Source of the DNA: Octopus bimaculoides
Lineage: Eukaryota
Direction of reading: 5' to 3'
NCBI RefSeq assembly: GCF_001194135.2
Contig: NC_068997.1
Span: 29,402,574-29,466,573 of the forward strand
Length of the DNA: 64,000 bases
Under the pieces are notes generated by a model. The model ran no database searches and was not told the origin of the DNA. It was given only the letters and a program-made list of their open reading frames with translations. A program made the translations under genes and the position numbers. Positions 14,055-27,407 of this stretch are shown here, one piece after another. Positions within the stretch are counted from its first letter, which is position 1, and each line of letters starts with the position of its first letter.

Positions 14055-17000
14055 GTTACTTTAATCTGTGGTCAAGTCAATGAGATTTTCTGTTACGTAA
14101 AATTAGCTTGACACATTTGAGACAGATTAGCAATTGTTATGGCACTTTTGTGTGTGTGCGTGCGTGCTCGTACTAGATAGATTATATGTATGTGCATGTA
14201 TTAACTATTTGTTGTGATTAATATACTTGAGTAAATTGTATGAATAAAACATGTTCAACTTTACATTTGTTCTTTTTCAGAACGTTTATTGATCCTTTGT
14301 AACAAATGGTATAGATTTGGAGGGTGGGGTGCACTGGAAATGGAACTATTGGGAATTGAAGTAGACGATCGATTTTGATTCCCATCTTACATTGCCAATT
14401 TCCTTAAGGAAGGACAAACACGTCATAGTTATTTCCTTCTCACCTAGGATTCTGAGATTTAACAAACCTATGTTTAAAACTTTCGTCAGCCACAATGATA
14501 TGCTTTAAAATAAATTGATTCTGTAGTTGATAACTAATTCAGGGAACAAACCACTGAGGGAATTGTTTGACTGTTGCTTAACCTACAAGAAATAACCAAA
14601 GCTCCTCAGACCACACTCTGTGTTAAAAAAGGACATATTGGACAGTGTAGTCCCTGATGTATAAAAAAACTGGATGGTCACTGTTGAAATGCATTTGGCC
14701 ATAAGATTTACTTGATGAGGGCTGACTTTGTGCTAAACAGAAACATGAGACAAGAAAGAAGCCTCTCTGTGTTCACTCGACTTACTAGAAATAGAAGACA
14801 AATTTCCCTTAAATCTCACTCTGCTGTTTGAAAAATAGATGGTAGGGCCACATTAGATGATGTATTTGATGTAAGAGGTTGGAATGGGCATGACCAAAAT
14901 GGTTTTGTTCTATAGTAAAAACTGAATTTTTTATTTTGACATTATTGGTGCAGTGAAGTTATTAAATTTATTGGTGCAGCATATGCATAGCCATGCGGTT
15001 AAGAAGCTTGCTTTGCAACTGTTTGGTTATGGGGTTTTTTGTTGTTTTTTTTCCTAACGAAATCATTTGGATACATTCTGAAATAGTGATGTGAAACACT
15101 GCATTTTTTTCTTCTGTCATATCGTTAAATTTATCCCACTGTGTTAGCATCTGTCCAATTGAATTTATTTAACAATTTGTCATGAGGAATCCTATAAACA
15201 CTGGACATGTTTATGAAAATGTCAGTTGTGAGAAAATCAAAATACTTTTGTAAAATCTGAAATCCTTGAAGCATAGTCCACTTCATAAGCTGAAGAAGCA
15301 TGAATGGCAACTGGGATGTGGCTTATTTGATAAGTTGTGGCTCATCAACACATCTTGTGTGTTATTGTAGGTTAATTATATTAAAAATAGAATTTAATAA
15401 GATTTTTCAATTCTATTTCACTATTATCGGTATTTGCTGTTTCGTTAAATTATGTTACCCAAAATCCCAAAAGAAGATTTTTCTCCCTCGTGTTCTGACC
15501 ACCCTAACACTACCCCCTCCCCCACTCTCTCTCTCTCTCTCTGCCCACAACATAGACTAGTAGTTAGTGACTTCAGGATCAGGGCTAAATGGATGCCCAG
15601 AAGACTACCAGCATGGAGGAGAAGAGTCTGGAAGCTTAAAGATCCTGCGAATGGACAGAGATTTAGAGACATATTACTCAAAGCCTTTGACGAAATTGAA
15701 GGGGATATAGCTTCACACGATGTAGAAGACAACTGGAGGTTTCTACGGGACAACNNNNNNNNNNNNNNNNNNNNNNNNNNNNNNNNNNNNNNNNNNNNNN
15801 NNNNNNNNNNNNNNNNNNNNNNNNNNNNNNNNNNNNNNNNNNNNNNNNNNNNNNNNNNNNNNNNNNNNNNNNNNNNNNNNNNNNNNNNNNNNNNNNNNNN
15901 NNNNNNNNNNNNNNNNNNNNNNNNNNNNNNNNNNNNNNNNNNNNNNNNNNNNNNNNNNNNNNNNNNNNNNNNNNNNNNNNNNNNNNNNNNNNNNNNNNNN
16001 NNNNNNNNNNNNNNNNNNNNNNNNNNNNNNNNNNNNNNNNNNNNNNNNNNNNNNNNNNNGAAAAGAAACAGGCTTGGAAGGACTGGAAGAACAGAGGTAG
16101 CAGGGAATTGTATCAGACTGCCAAAAGGGAAGCTAGGAGACAGGTTTATTTAGCCAGAGGGGAAGCAGATAAGAAAAAATTTGCCAATATTCTGTGCCGT
16201 GAGAACCAAACACTTGAGGTATTTTGTGTTGCAAGACAGTGTGGGAGAGAGAATCGTGATGTCGTGGGAGAGAAATGTGTTTGCATGGATGATGGTTCAC
16301 TTGCACTAAACGAGGCTGCAAAGAGAGGTTTGGAGACACCACTATGAAAGGTTGCTCAATAAAGAAAATGAATGGGAGAAAGAGAGTCTACCGAATGTCA
16401 GCCCAACAGAGGGACTAGCTACCCAAATTGACAGTACCTTGGTAGATAAAGCAATTAAGAGTATGAAGACATGTGGTGAGAATGGATGAGGATAGCTGTG
16501 GGAAAAAGGGTCACACCCTAGTGGTTGAAGGAACCTGTGGAAGAGGAAGACCAGGGAGGAGGTGGTGAAGCACAACCTTCGAACATTGAGCCTCACTGAG
16601 GCAATGACTAGTGACCGAGACCTTTGGTGATATGCTGTGCTTGAGAAGACCCGGCAAGCTAAGTGAGACCATAACCCGTGGCCTATGCCAGGGGTGTAAC
16701 AAGCACACTTATGCGTACCTTTCCTTCATTCAACACTAAACTCTGCTTGAGAAAACCTGTTGAGGCAAGTGAAATCAAGATCAAATTCGATGACAGTACT
16801 GCATGACTGGCATCCGTGCTAGTGGAGCGTTAGGAGCACCATCCAAGTGTGATCGTTGCCAGGGCAGCTGACTGGTTCCTGTGCTGGTGGCACGTAAAAA
16901 GCACCATTCGAGCGTGATCATTATCAGCGTTGCCTTACTGACACTTGTGCCGGTGGCACGTAAAAAACAACATTTGAGCAAGGTCGTTGCCAGTGCAGGT

Positions 17001-18714
17001 GGCACATAAAAACACCATCTGAGCATGGCCACTGCCAGTACCACCTGAGTGGCATGTAAAAGCACCCACTACACTCTCGGAGTGGTTGGCGTTAGGAAGG
17101 GCATCCAGCTGTAGAAACTCTGCCAGATCAGATTGGAGCCTGGTGCAGCCATCTGGCTCGCCAGTCCTCAGTCAAATCGTCCAACCCATGCCAGTATGGA
17201 AAGTGGACTTTAAACGATGATGATGATAAATATTAACGTATTGTTATGTTAAGTCTCTCTGTGTGACCCCAAGGGCGTCTTCTACTATAGCCCTGGGCTA
17301 ACCAAAGCCTTCTGAGTAGATTTAGTAGATGAAAATTGGAAGGAGTCTCTCGTGTGTGTGTATACTCTTTGTCTTGACATCACATCATGGTTGTAAACAA
17401 GCATCACCATCATATAATTGGTGGTGTTCATTTCCTGTTTTTCATGAAAACCTGTCTGGCCATTGGAGGAAATATTACCTTGCTTGGAAACGGGTGATGG
17501 TTGGTTGCAGGATGAGCATCCAGTTACAGAAAATCTGCCTCAGCAAATTCTGCGTGACCCATTCAAGCACAGAAAAGTGGACATTAAATGATGGTTATTC
17601 TATATTCAAGTGGAACAGAAGAGAATTGATGCTTGCAGATTAGGAATCTTAGTGAGAAGTAAAATTTCTGCCATTCAAATCTTATTTTAAAGAACTTGGC
17701 CTTTTTTTTTTTTATATTTTTTTTTTTTTACTTTTGTAGATTGCATATCAAATCTTATCACTCGGATCAAAATTATAGAATAAGCCATAATTGAAAACTG
17801 TCTGAGGTGTTGGTTGGCACAATTGAATTGGACACTAAACTCCGCTTGCGAAGACCTGTTGAGGCAAGTGAAATCGAAATCGAATTAAATTCAACAACTG
17901 GCACCCATGCCAACGTTGTCTCCCTCATTGGAAACGAAACTTGGCTTGTGAAGACCTATTGGGGCAAGCGAAAGCAAAACCGTCAATGGCACCTGTGCCC
18001 AGCATCGCCTTCCTGGCAGTTGTGCCAGATGGCACATTCAAGCGAGATCATTGCCAGTGCTGTCGAACTGGCTCCTGTGCAGGTGGCACGTAAAACACAC
18101 CATTTTGAGCGTGGCCATTGCCAGTACCGCCTGACTGGCCTTCGTGCCGGTGGCACGTAAAAGCACCTACTACACTCTCGGAGTGGTTGACGTTAGGAAG
18201 GGCATCCAGCTGTAGAAACTCTGCCAGATTAGATTGGAGCCTGGTGTAGCCATCTGGTTCGCCAGTGATCAGTCAAATTATCCAACCCATTGCTAACATG
18301 GAAAGCCGACGTTAAACGACGACGATGATGATGATGATGAACTCTGCTTGAGAGGTCTTAAAGATGTTTGATGTAGAGATAACAGTTCATTATCAGGTTG
18401 AACAAATACCTGAATAACATTCTGAAGAAGGTTTGTTGCCAATAATTTGATACCGGTTAAAGTTTATGCTAATGTATTTCAGAAAGACATCACTATTGAA
18501 AACTCTTATTTTCTTTCTGCTTTAAATCAATACTTTGGCCATGCTGGAGCACCGCCTTTAGTCAAACAAATTGACCCCAGTACTTATTCTATCGGTAAGC
18601 CTAGTACTTATTCTATCAGTCTGTTTTGCTGAACTGCTAAGTCAAGGGGATGTAAACACATCAACATCAGTTGTCAAACGATGGTGGGGGAGACAAACAC
18701 AGATACACAAGCAT

Positions 18715-18746
<32 letters not shown>

Positions 18747-21700
18747 TTCAGGTTTCTTTCATTTTCTGTCTATCAAATCCACTCACAAGGCTTTCGTCAG
18801 CCCGGGGTTATAGTAGAAGACACTTGCCCAAGGTGCCACGCAATGGGACTGAACCTGGAACCATGTGGTTGGTAAGCAAGCTACTTACCACACTGCCACT
18901 CCTGCACCTGTATATTTATTTATTTTTGATCTTTTCCTTTTTTTTTAAGATAAAAGAAGCTAGTGAAGCAAATGTGACTAATGAAGAAGAAGAAGAAACA
19001 ATTGAGAAGAGAAATGATTCATATGATAATGAATATGATTATGCTGATGATTTTGAAGTAAGAGATTTTGATTAATTCTTCAGAGATTGATTAATTCTTC
19101 ATAGTATAAGTTTGATATTGGATCAAACAGAATTCATTTAATTAGGCTTCAAATGTCTTTGACAATCCAAAACCTGATTCTCTCTGCAGTTGTTTGCTAT
19201 ACTTAATACAATTTTAATTAACATGAAGTGCATAAGAGTGACAGGAGATTGAAATAAAGATCGATTTCCTGGCACTCTTATGCACTTCATGTTAATTAAG
19301 ATTGGTTAAATTGATCTTTATCTCAATCTCTTGTCACTCTTTTACAACAATGAAATTCCCTCACAAAAACAAAACATTTCACCGTTGTCCAAACAGCAAC
19401 CATATCTTTAAATTCTGTGTTCCAGTTATATCGACAAAATGGCTACGGTTAGAATACTGACTCCCTGTGCCATTCGTGAGCTGAAATACATCTTAGAGAT
19501 TCTGAGCCACAGCAAAAGCATCAAAGTCAGCTGAAAGATGATAATGGAAAGTGCTCTTCAACAAACAACAGTGATATTGAGATTAGAATATCTTTGACAA
19601 ACTCAGAATTAAAAGTAGTAAAGAAATACCAGTATTGATCTTTAGTGAGAATGGGTGGAATTTCAACAAAACATAATTTCTTAATTGCAGAATCTCCTAA
19701 AACTTCTTTCACCACAATCTGATATACCTTTTAAAAAATCCTTCTACTGTAATGTTCATATAATTTAAGATAAGAAGTGGAAACTTGACTAATGGGAGCA
19801 AAATTTCCTTTACTTCATAATTTTCTAGTTTTTTTTCTTTAAGCACATATATATTTATATATAAAAGTATCATATCAATATATTCTCTTTGATCCATAAG
19901 GATTATATTCTACTTTGAGAAAGGATAAATCTGTAACTTGTCATGATTTTTTGAAGTTAACATATCATTTTAATTGAGAAATTATAGAAAATCTAATCTT
20001 CTAAAGAAGAATGTTGATATTTCCATTTATAGTTTAACTGGTGGAGTAAAAATTTGTTAACTTCAGTAATATAATATATAACAGTTCTAATACTGGTGTT
20101 TCTTTCTTTTGGCATATTAGGAAATGTTTTCTTAAAATAGACGTGTTTGCCACTCAAAGATTAATTACAAGTCTTTGTTTTTGCAGGATTATTCTGATGA
20201 CTTTGATGAAAGTTTGTCTCAATCTGACAGCAAAGAAAATGAAGATGTAAAAATATATTTATTAAAAAATATATACTTATTACTACTTTTTCTTTAATTT
20301 CTTAGAAAATATTTCATGGAAGTGAAGACTTACATATATTTTAATTTTTATAAATCTGAAATTTTTTCAGTGAAATAAACTCTATGTTCATAATTTATTG
20401 TGACAGAGAGTCAAGTGGATCGTTATGTAGTCATTAAATAGAACGGTGCAGCTATAAAAGTAAAAATGTTGAGAGAAGCTTCTACTGTTGTCAGCTTCAC
20501 TTTTTATTCTGCTGATTGTTGAGGAAAGAGGTAATAATATACAGGAAATTAATAGAACGAATAACCAAGTTGATTGGTGATTGGAGTAATAGATCTTGCT
20601 TCCTGTGGCTTGAAGTCTCAGAACAAAAGCCTTTCACTTCTAAATATGTTTAGGTGGAATGCAAATATCTGAACTTTCCTTAATAGATATTTGGGGGTTT
20701 AACTTTATAAATACAACTTTTATTGGTATTAAATATTTTGAGGAATCTGAAAGTACTTCTCTAAAGTACTTTTTTATTCTATTTTGTCATTTGAGTAAAT
20801 TGAGTCACCAATTATGGAATTGGTAGGCTACTGGTTGTCATGATGAAAGAGTTGCCACTGATATTACACTATTTTTTTACTAATACTTTGTAAATTTATT
20901 AATCTGGACTGACTCCTGTGCAGGTGGCACGTAAAAAACACTATTTGAGCGTGGCCACTGCCATTACCGCCGTAAAAAGCACCCACTACACTCTCGGAGT
21001 GTAGTGCACATTTGTCCCCCACCCCACCCCAGTACCATTTGATAACTGATGTTGGTGTGTTTATATCTCTGTAACTTAGCAGTTCAGCCAAAAGAAAAAA
21101 ACCGATAGAATAAGTATTGGGGTTGATTTGGCAGTGCCCCAGCATGGCCACAGTCTAATGACTGAAACAGCTGAAAAATAAAAAGAATAAATTGTAAAAT
21201 TCTAAATGTTGTAATTTTGAACAAAAAATAATTTTATATCTGAGATTTAGAAATTTAAAGAAAGGCAAATATCATGAAAATAAGATGTTATAATCGGTAT
21301 GTTTTTCTCTCTCTTATTAGAATAATGTAAGAATTCCAAGTGCCACTGAGAAAACAGATGTAGAGGTAAGTGGAACTTTAGTGATATGTGGCAAATGGAA
21401 ACCTGAAATTATATTTCAATTCATTTTGATTTCTTTAATAAGAGAAGCAGTTTCTTTTTCTATTCTGTTCTGATATTGGGATTAAAAAAGGCGGTCAGAC
21501 TAATTAATGCATTGAGGAAAATGCTTAGCAGCACTTCATATGTTCTGAGTTCAAATTCTGCTGAGGTTGACTTTGCCTTTTGTCCTTTTGGGGTTGATAA
21601 AATAAGTACCAGTCATGTACTGGGGTCAATGTAATCGACATACTTCTTCTCCTGAAATTGCTGGCCTTGTGCCAAAATTTAAAGCCAATATTGGGATTAA

Positions 21701-24700
21701 AAATATACTTCGCTTCAGAAAAATTACATACAATATATATTATTCATAGCATGAGAAATGCAGTTGGTTGAATTATTAGGATATTGGGCCTTCAGTTTGT
21801 GGGTCTGTTGTTTATATACTATCACTGGAATTGAACTGAATCCTTTGCCAGGATGTTTAATCCCTGCTCATTCAGTCCAATAACTGTAATTTGTCAGTAT
21901 GAAATTAACACTCCTCATGCTGTAAGCAGCAAAGAGCATTATAGAGTTTTTCTATTTTAGACTACCCATGCTATCTATATGAAAAAGCAATTATTTGTAA
22001 TTATGCAATGAAGCAAAGATATTAATCAGTGACTTATGTTTTTATATTGTTCATTTTCTTTGTTGTTCTCTCAATTATTACTTTCACATATGTGATAAAG
22101 TATTTGTGTTGTTGAGGAAGAATAATAATACTAAAACATGTTAAGAGTTGTGTCCCTTGCCTGTTGGAATATTTAAAATAATATTTATAATTGATCAATG
22201 TTGTCTTTTATTCATAGTGTATATGTTGTCACAAAATTTTAATATTTTGTTTTCTTTTTCCATAAAGATGGTATTTCTTGGTAATTTGTTTGTTTAAAAT
22301 TTGCTAATTTTCTCTTTCAACTTGTGTACCATGCGGTATACTTTGTGATTCTCTCCATCACTACTTTAGCAAATATAGTGAATGTATGCTTTGCTGAAGT
22401 GGGTTAATTGGTCCAGAATACGTCTAGAGTACTGTCCCATATTTGGTAAAATAATTAAGAGTTCAATGTTGTTCCTGTGACAGGTTTTAATTTTTTTTTT
22501 CTACATGAATATGACAATACATTTAAGAAAATATTTTTACAAAAACTGATTAAATCTTATTTTCTTTCCTTCAAAATACTCTTCTAGAAAACACCAACAC
22601 CACCAAGTCCAAGAGAAGATTTACGCAGGGGTTCAGTTAATATTGGTCAGAAGAACATTACCAAAACAAAATCTAACCAACTCTATAATTATGGCATTGT
22701 GGAGATCAGAAGTACAAATCGTCATGTCAGTAAAGACGTTAAATCCAAGTTAATCGCTCGCAACAAAGAATTGAGGAAGTTGATTGTGCTGGATACTGAT
22801 GTTGATCAGGAAATCTTTGAAATGTCACCCATCAGTCAATATGAACTTTATATCAGCAATTTTGGTCGTGCCAATTATAAACAGGTCTTTATTTTAATCT
22901 CCATTCAGTAATTTTATTAAATGATATTTTTTTAGACTTGCCTCAGGAGTTAAAGAAATATTTCTATAATTCTTGATGGATAGTAATCATGGTTTTTGTA
23001 TGATATTGATTTATTATTTAAGCACAAAATCTATTTTAGACCGGATGACCCCAGTGTATGACTGTTACTTAATTTTCACTCCAAAATTTTGAAAGGTAAA
23101 GTCACCTATAGGGAGGTGTATTTAAAATATCACTAAGAATTTAGCCTAACACAATACCATTCCTGTCAGCTCGCTGCAAAGGAGATTTTACACAGTCATT
23201 CAAACTGTTAGAAATAACAGCCAAATCTCCTTCGAATCACTAGATACACTATTACTTTAAAAAATTTGAGATGGTCACTATTGGAAAGCCTCTGATCATA
23301 AGCCTACTCTTTTTTCTGATAATTGAAAATTCTGTCAATGTTTCATTCACAATATTATTATCTATGCTGGATTCAGATGCCCTAATCTATATAAATTGTT
23401 GAGGCCCTTTGCTTGTATAAAGTTTCAAGGCTATTGTTAAAGAAAAGTCACACTAGAAAGTCTCAGAAAAATTGAAAACATTTGTGCTTTTTAATTATGT
23501 AGAGGTAAAAAGCACCCACTACACTCTTGGCGTTAGGAAGGGCAGCCAGCTGTAGAAACATTGCCAGATCAGATTGGAGCGTGGTGCAGCCTCCTGACTT
23601 CCCAGACCCCAGTCGAACCATCCAACCCATGCCAGCATGGAAAACGGACATTAAACGATGAGGATGATGATGACTGTTCTTAAACAACATCAATAATTAC
23701 AATCTGAGTCCTATGTGGGAGCTTCTAATGTTTACTTACTTTTGTAGAAATAGCAACCAAATTTTCCTCAAACCCTGCTGTATTGCCTTAGAAAAGAATG
23801 CATTGCATAATATGGTGCAGGATGAAAGAGAGGATGGTCATAACTGGAATGCCTTTCTTCATAGATCATCTCAACTGAGGTTGATTTGTAGCTGAACTGT
23901 AGTAACAATGACAATGGTTTTGTATTTACGTAACAACAAATGAAGGATTGGCCCATAAAGTTTTTAATATTCATCTCTGTAGGTCAAATAAAATTTCCAC
24001 CTCCGTGTGTGTGTGTGTGTGCGTGCATGTGTGCGTATGTTTCTCCTGCACCTTATGTAAATTGTACTTGCTATTGAAAGAAGATAATTACATTGTAATT
24101 ACACCCACATTTGAGTGAGTCATGGCTGATGATCTAGTTTGTGTGTGCACACACACACACACATCAGTAACAATAAGAACTAAAAATAAACAATGTATAC
24201 TGAGCTGAGCTTCTATTAATTAAATAAACTAATGACTGGGCTAAATGAAGGGGTCATACTGAATGCCTTGCTCTTTTTAGTGATGTCCTTTTCCATTCCC
24301 AGTTCAAATCCATCTACGGTTGATTTCATCTATATCCTTTTATAGAGGTGTGGTGGTGTTAGTACTTCTGATCAATTAGCTCTTCCGTTACCCCCCGCCC
24401 CCACCAACATCCTGAAGCTTTCAACCCATGCAAGATGTACTAATTAAACAGGCAGTTAATTAGTAAACCTGATACAGAGTCGGACACCTAGTTTTTGTAA
24501 TATTTAGTTTATAAGTAAGCTGATGAACTGGCAGAAACGTTAGCACGCCGGGCGAAATGCTCAGCAGTATCTTGTCTGTCTTTACGTTCTGAGTTCAAAT
24601 TCTGCTGAGGTCAACTTTGCCTTTCATCCTTTCAGGGTCGATTAAATAAGTACCAGTTGCGTACTGGGGTCGATGTAATCGACTGGTCCCCTCTCCAAAA

Positions 24701-27369
24701 TTTTCAGGCCTTGTGCCTAGAATAGAAGAGAATATTTAGTTTACTAGTCTTTATGTTCTGCCTTCGAATATGAAATACACAACATTTTCATAATCTACAC
24801 CTGCATATATCTGCACAAGTATGAATGCAAGGAGTGGCTGGGGGTGGGGGTGTAGTGACTGGTAAAACGTGAGTATATAGAGGAGTTGGGGGACAATAGG
24901 ATAGCAGTAATACAGTGAGGGCTGGATTGAAGAATCAGAGATATTAAATGATTTCCAAATATTACTATTTGTTTCAATTTCATTATTAGAACAAATATAT
25001 ATATATATATGTGTGTGTGTGTGTATTTCCAGGCATTTGTCCAAACTGGAGACGATTCTATTGACCGAGACATCCAAACAGAAGAGACTGAGATGGTTGA
25101 TAAATGGACACAGTATCCGCCAAGTGGACATGATTCTGCTGGAGGTAAGCAACTTTTATTAAATTCTTTCAATATTTTTATTTAATTATTTCATACTTCC
25201 CTCAAACCACTAACAAATGCATTTTTCTTTTAATTTTCATCTTTTTCTCTCCTATTAATAAATCATTGTAGGTAACCAATTAAACCATTCTGAAGTGGGG
25301 AATCAAATTTCCAAGACTGAATTTGACTCTGTCAGGCTCAACAAATTTCTTTTTCATGCCACAAGGGTAATTATGTTACATCTGTTTAACTTGCTTTATC
25401 TTATAAACGAATTAATTAACACAGTCTATTATAAACACATTGAAGGTGAATGGCACCATCCAAATGTGCACCCTGCTAAGGGTACCCAAAAGCCAGGTGA
25501 TGCTGTTAAAATGGGCAGCATATTAACTCTTCCACCTTGCTCCTAAAATGTTCAAATTAAGGACAAAAATATTTCACCCTATTCTTGTAAGAATGATATA
25601 AATCATCATCATCATCATCATCTAACATCCACTTTCCATGCTGGCATGGGTTGGACGGTTTGACTGAGGCCTGGAAAGCCAGTGGCTGCACCAGGCTCCA
25701 GTCTGATCTGGCAATGTTTCTACAGCTGGATGCCCTTCCTAACGCCAACCACTTTGAGAGTGTAGTGGGTGCTTTTTACATGCCAGTCAATAAAGGAGCT
25801 TCTGTATGGTTGATCAGCCTGCTTGAAATAGCAGCTAAGATTCCCCAAGTCACAGTTCATCGTCTCTGAAAAGAAAGGACACATTGGATAATGTAGTCTG
25901 GAGTATGCTATACCTGCCAAAAACAATGAAGGACAGATAGTCACTTCTGGAATACCTTCAACCATAGTTCTACTCCATCACAGCAACATGGGTTAAGCAA
26001 CAACAACTCAGGGCTTTCTTAATTGTTCCAACCATGGGCACAAGACTTCAGATTTGGGTGAGAGAAGTGTTGTCGATTATATTGACCCTCCAACACTTCG
26101 TTGATACTTATTTTAATTGATCCTGGGAGGATGAAAGGCAAGGTTGACTCTGACAGGATTTGAACTCAGAATACAAAGTGCTGTAACTAAATAGCCTAAG
26201 GTATTTGCCTAACACACCAATGATTCTACAAATCCAACACCTTGACTTTATGTCTAACAAAGGCACTGGGCCTGAAACTTAGGGGGGAAAAGCCTGATAA
26301 AATAAGGACTTGACTGGTATTTTCAAGCTGCAAGGATGAAAGGCAGTGTTGACCTCTTCAAGATTTGAACCGAGAACAATAAGAACCAGAAGAAATACTA
26401 TGATATATTGTTCAATTCTCTGATTCTGTCAATCCATTCTCCTAGTCCTGATTTTAATAATAATAATAATAATAATAATCTTTTTATCTAAGAAAGAAAA
26501 TCTTTTTTTTTTCTTTAGGTGATGTCAGTATTGTTAGAAGAGGAACTACCTGACAATAATTTGATGGTAAACACTTCTGAGAATTCTTCACAACTTGCAT
26601 TCTGCACAGGTTACTTCACTCTCAGTACATGTCCTCTGTTTGGTAGTAAGTATGATTTATTTTTCTTGAAATGAAATAACTTTATTATTGTTTTATACAA
26701 GTTTTTTCTTACAAATTTATATTTTTGTGTTTGGTATTTGGTTTGCAAGATTCTTGATGTGAAATTGTGTATTGAAACAAATCTTATTGGCATAATGACA
26801 ATCACAAGACACAGCTATATAATGGAAAATACTTTCATCCTTAGCCAAGGATACCTGTTGCCTGGCTGCCCTTCTGGCTAGTTGGTAATGTTCCCTACAA
26901 TCACTTTCTTTCCAGATTTTTCAAGCCTGTTTCTTAGCTTTTACCATTCTATCAACCGTATCATCCCATCACCTTGCAACATTTAGGTTTGGCAGGGATT
27001 TTAGCCCAGCCACATGTCTATTCTATAGTCCTAAGCAGGTTATTTCATAAAAATTCTCACCTGTCATCTATGCTACAGGTGTCTAAACCTTTCTCTTGAC
27101 AATCATATGCATCAGTTAGAACTTCTCTAAATTTATCCCCAATTGCAAAATCTTTTAGTTTTCATATCTTCCTTCTCTATGCCCTTTTTTGTTTGTGTGT
27201 ATCCAGCTCTGACTCTGAAGTCACCAGCCATTGACCTATGTTGTGTAGTGCATTCTTCACCAGGAAAGGTTTTTGTATTTACAATCAGACTGGAGTCTGG
27301 TACAACCCTCCAGTTTACCAGCCATGGGCAAACCATCCAACGTATGCAAGCATGGACAATAGATGTTAA

Positions 27370-27407
<38 letters not shown>

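Noticed and set aside
26519-26566. Earlier donor ATG|gtaaac inside the WDR60 exon
   Set aside because: The frame stays open to 26645, and only that donor matches the phase of the next exon.
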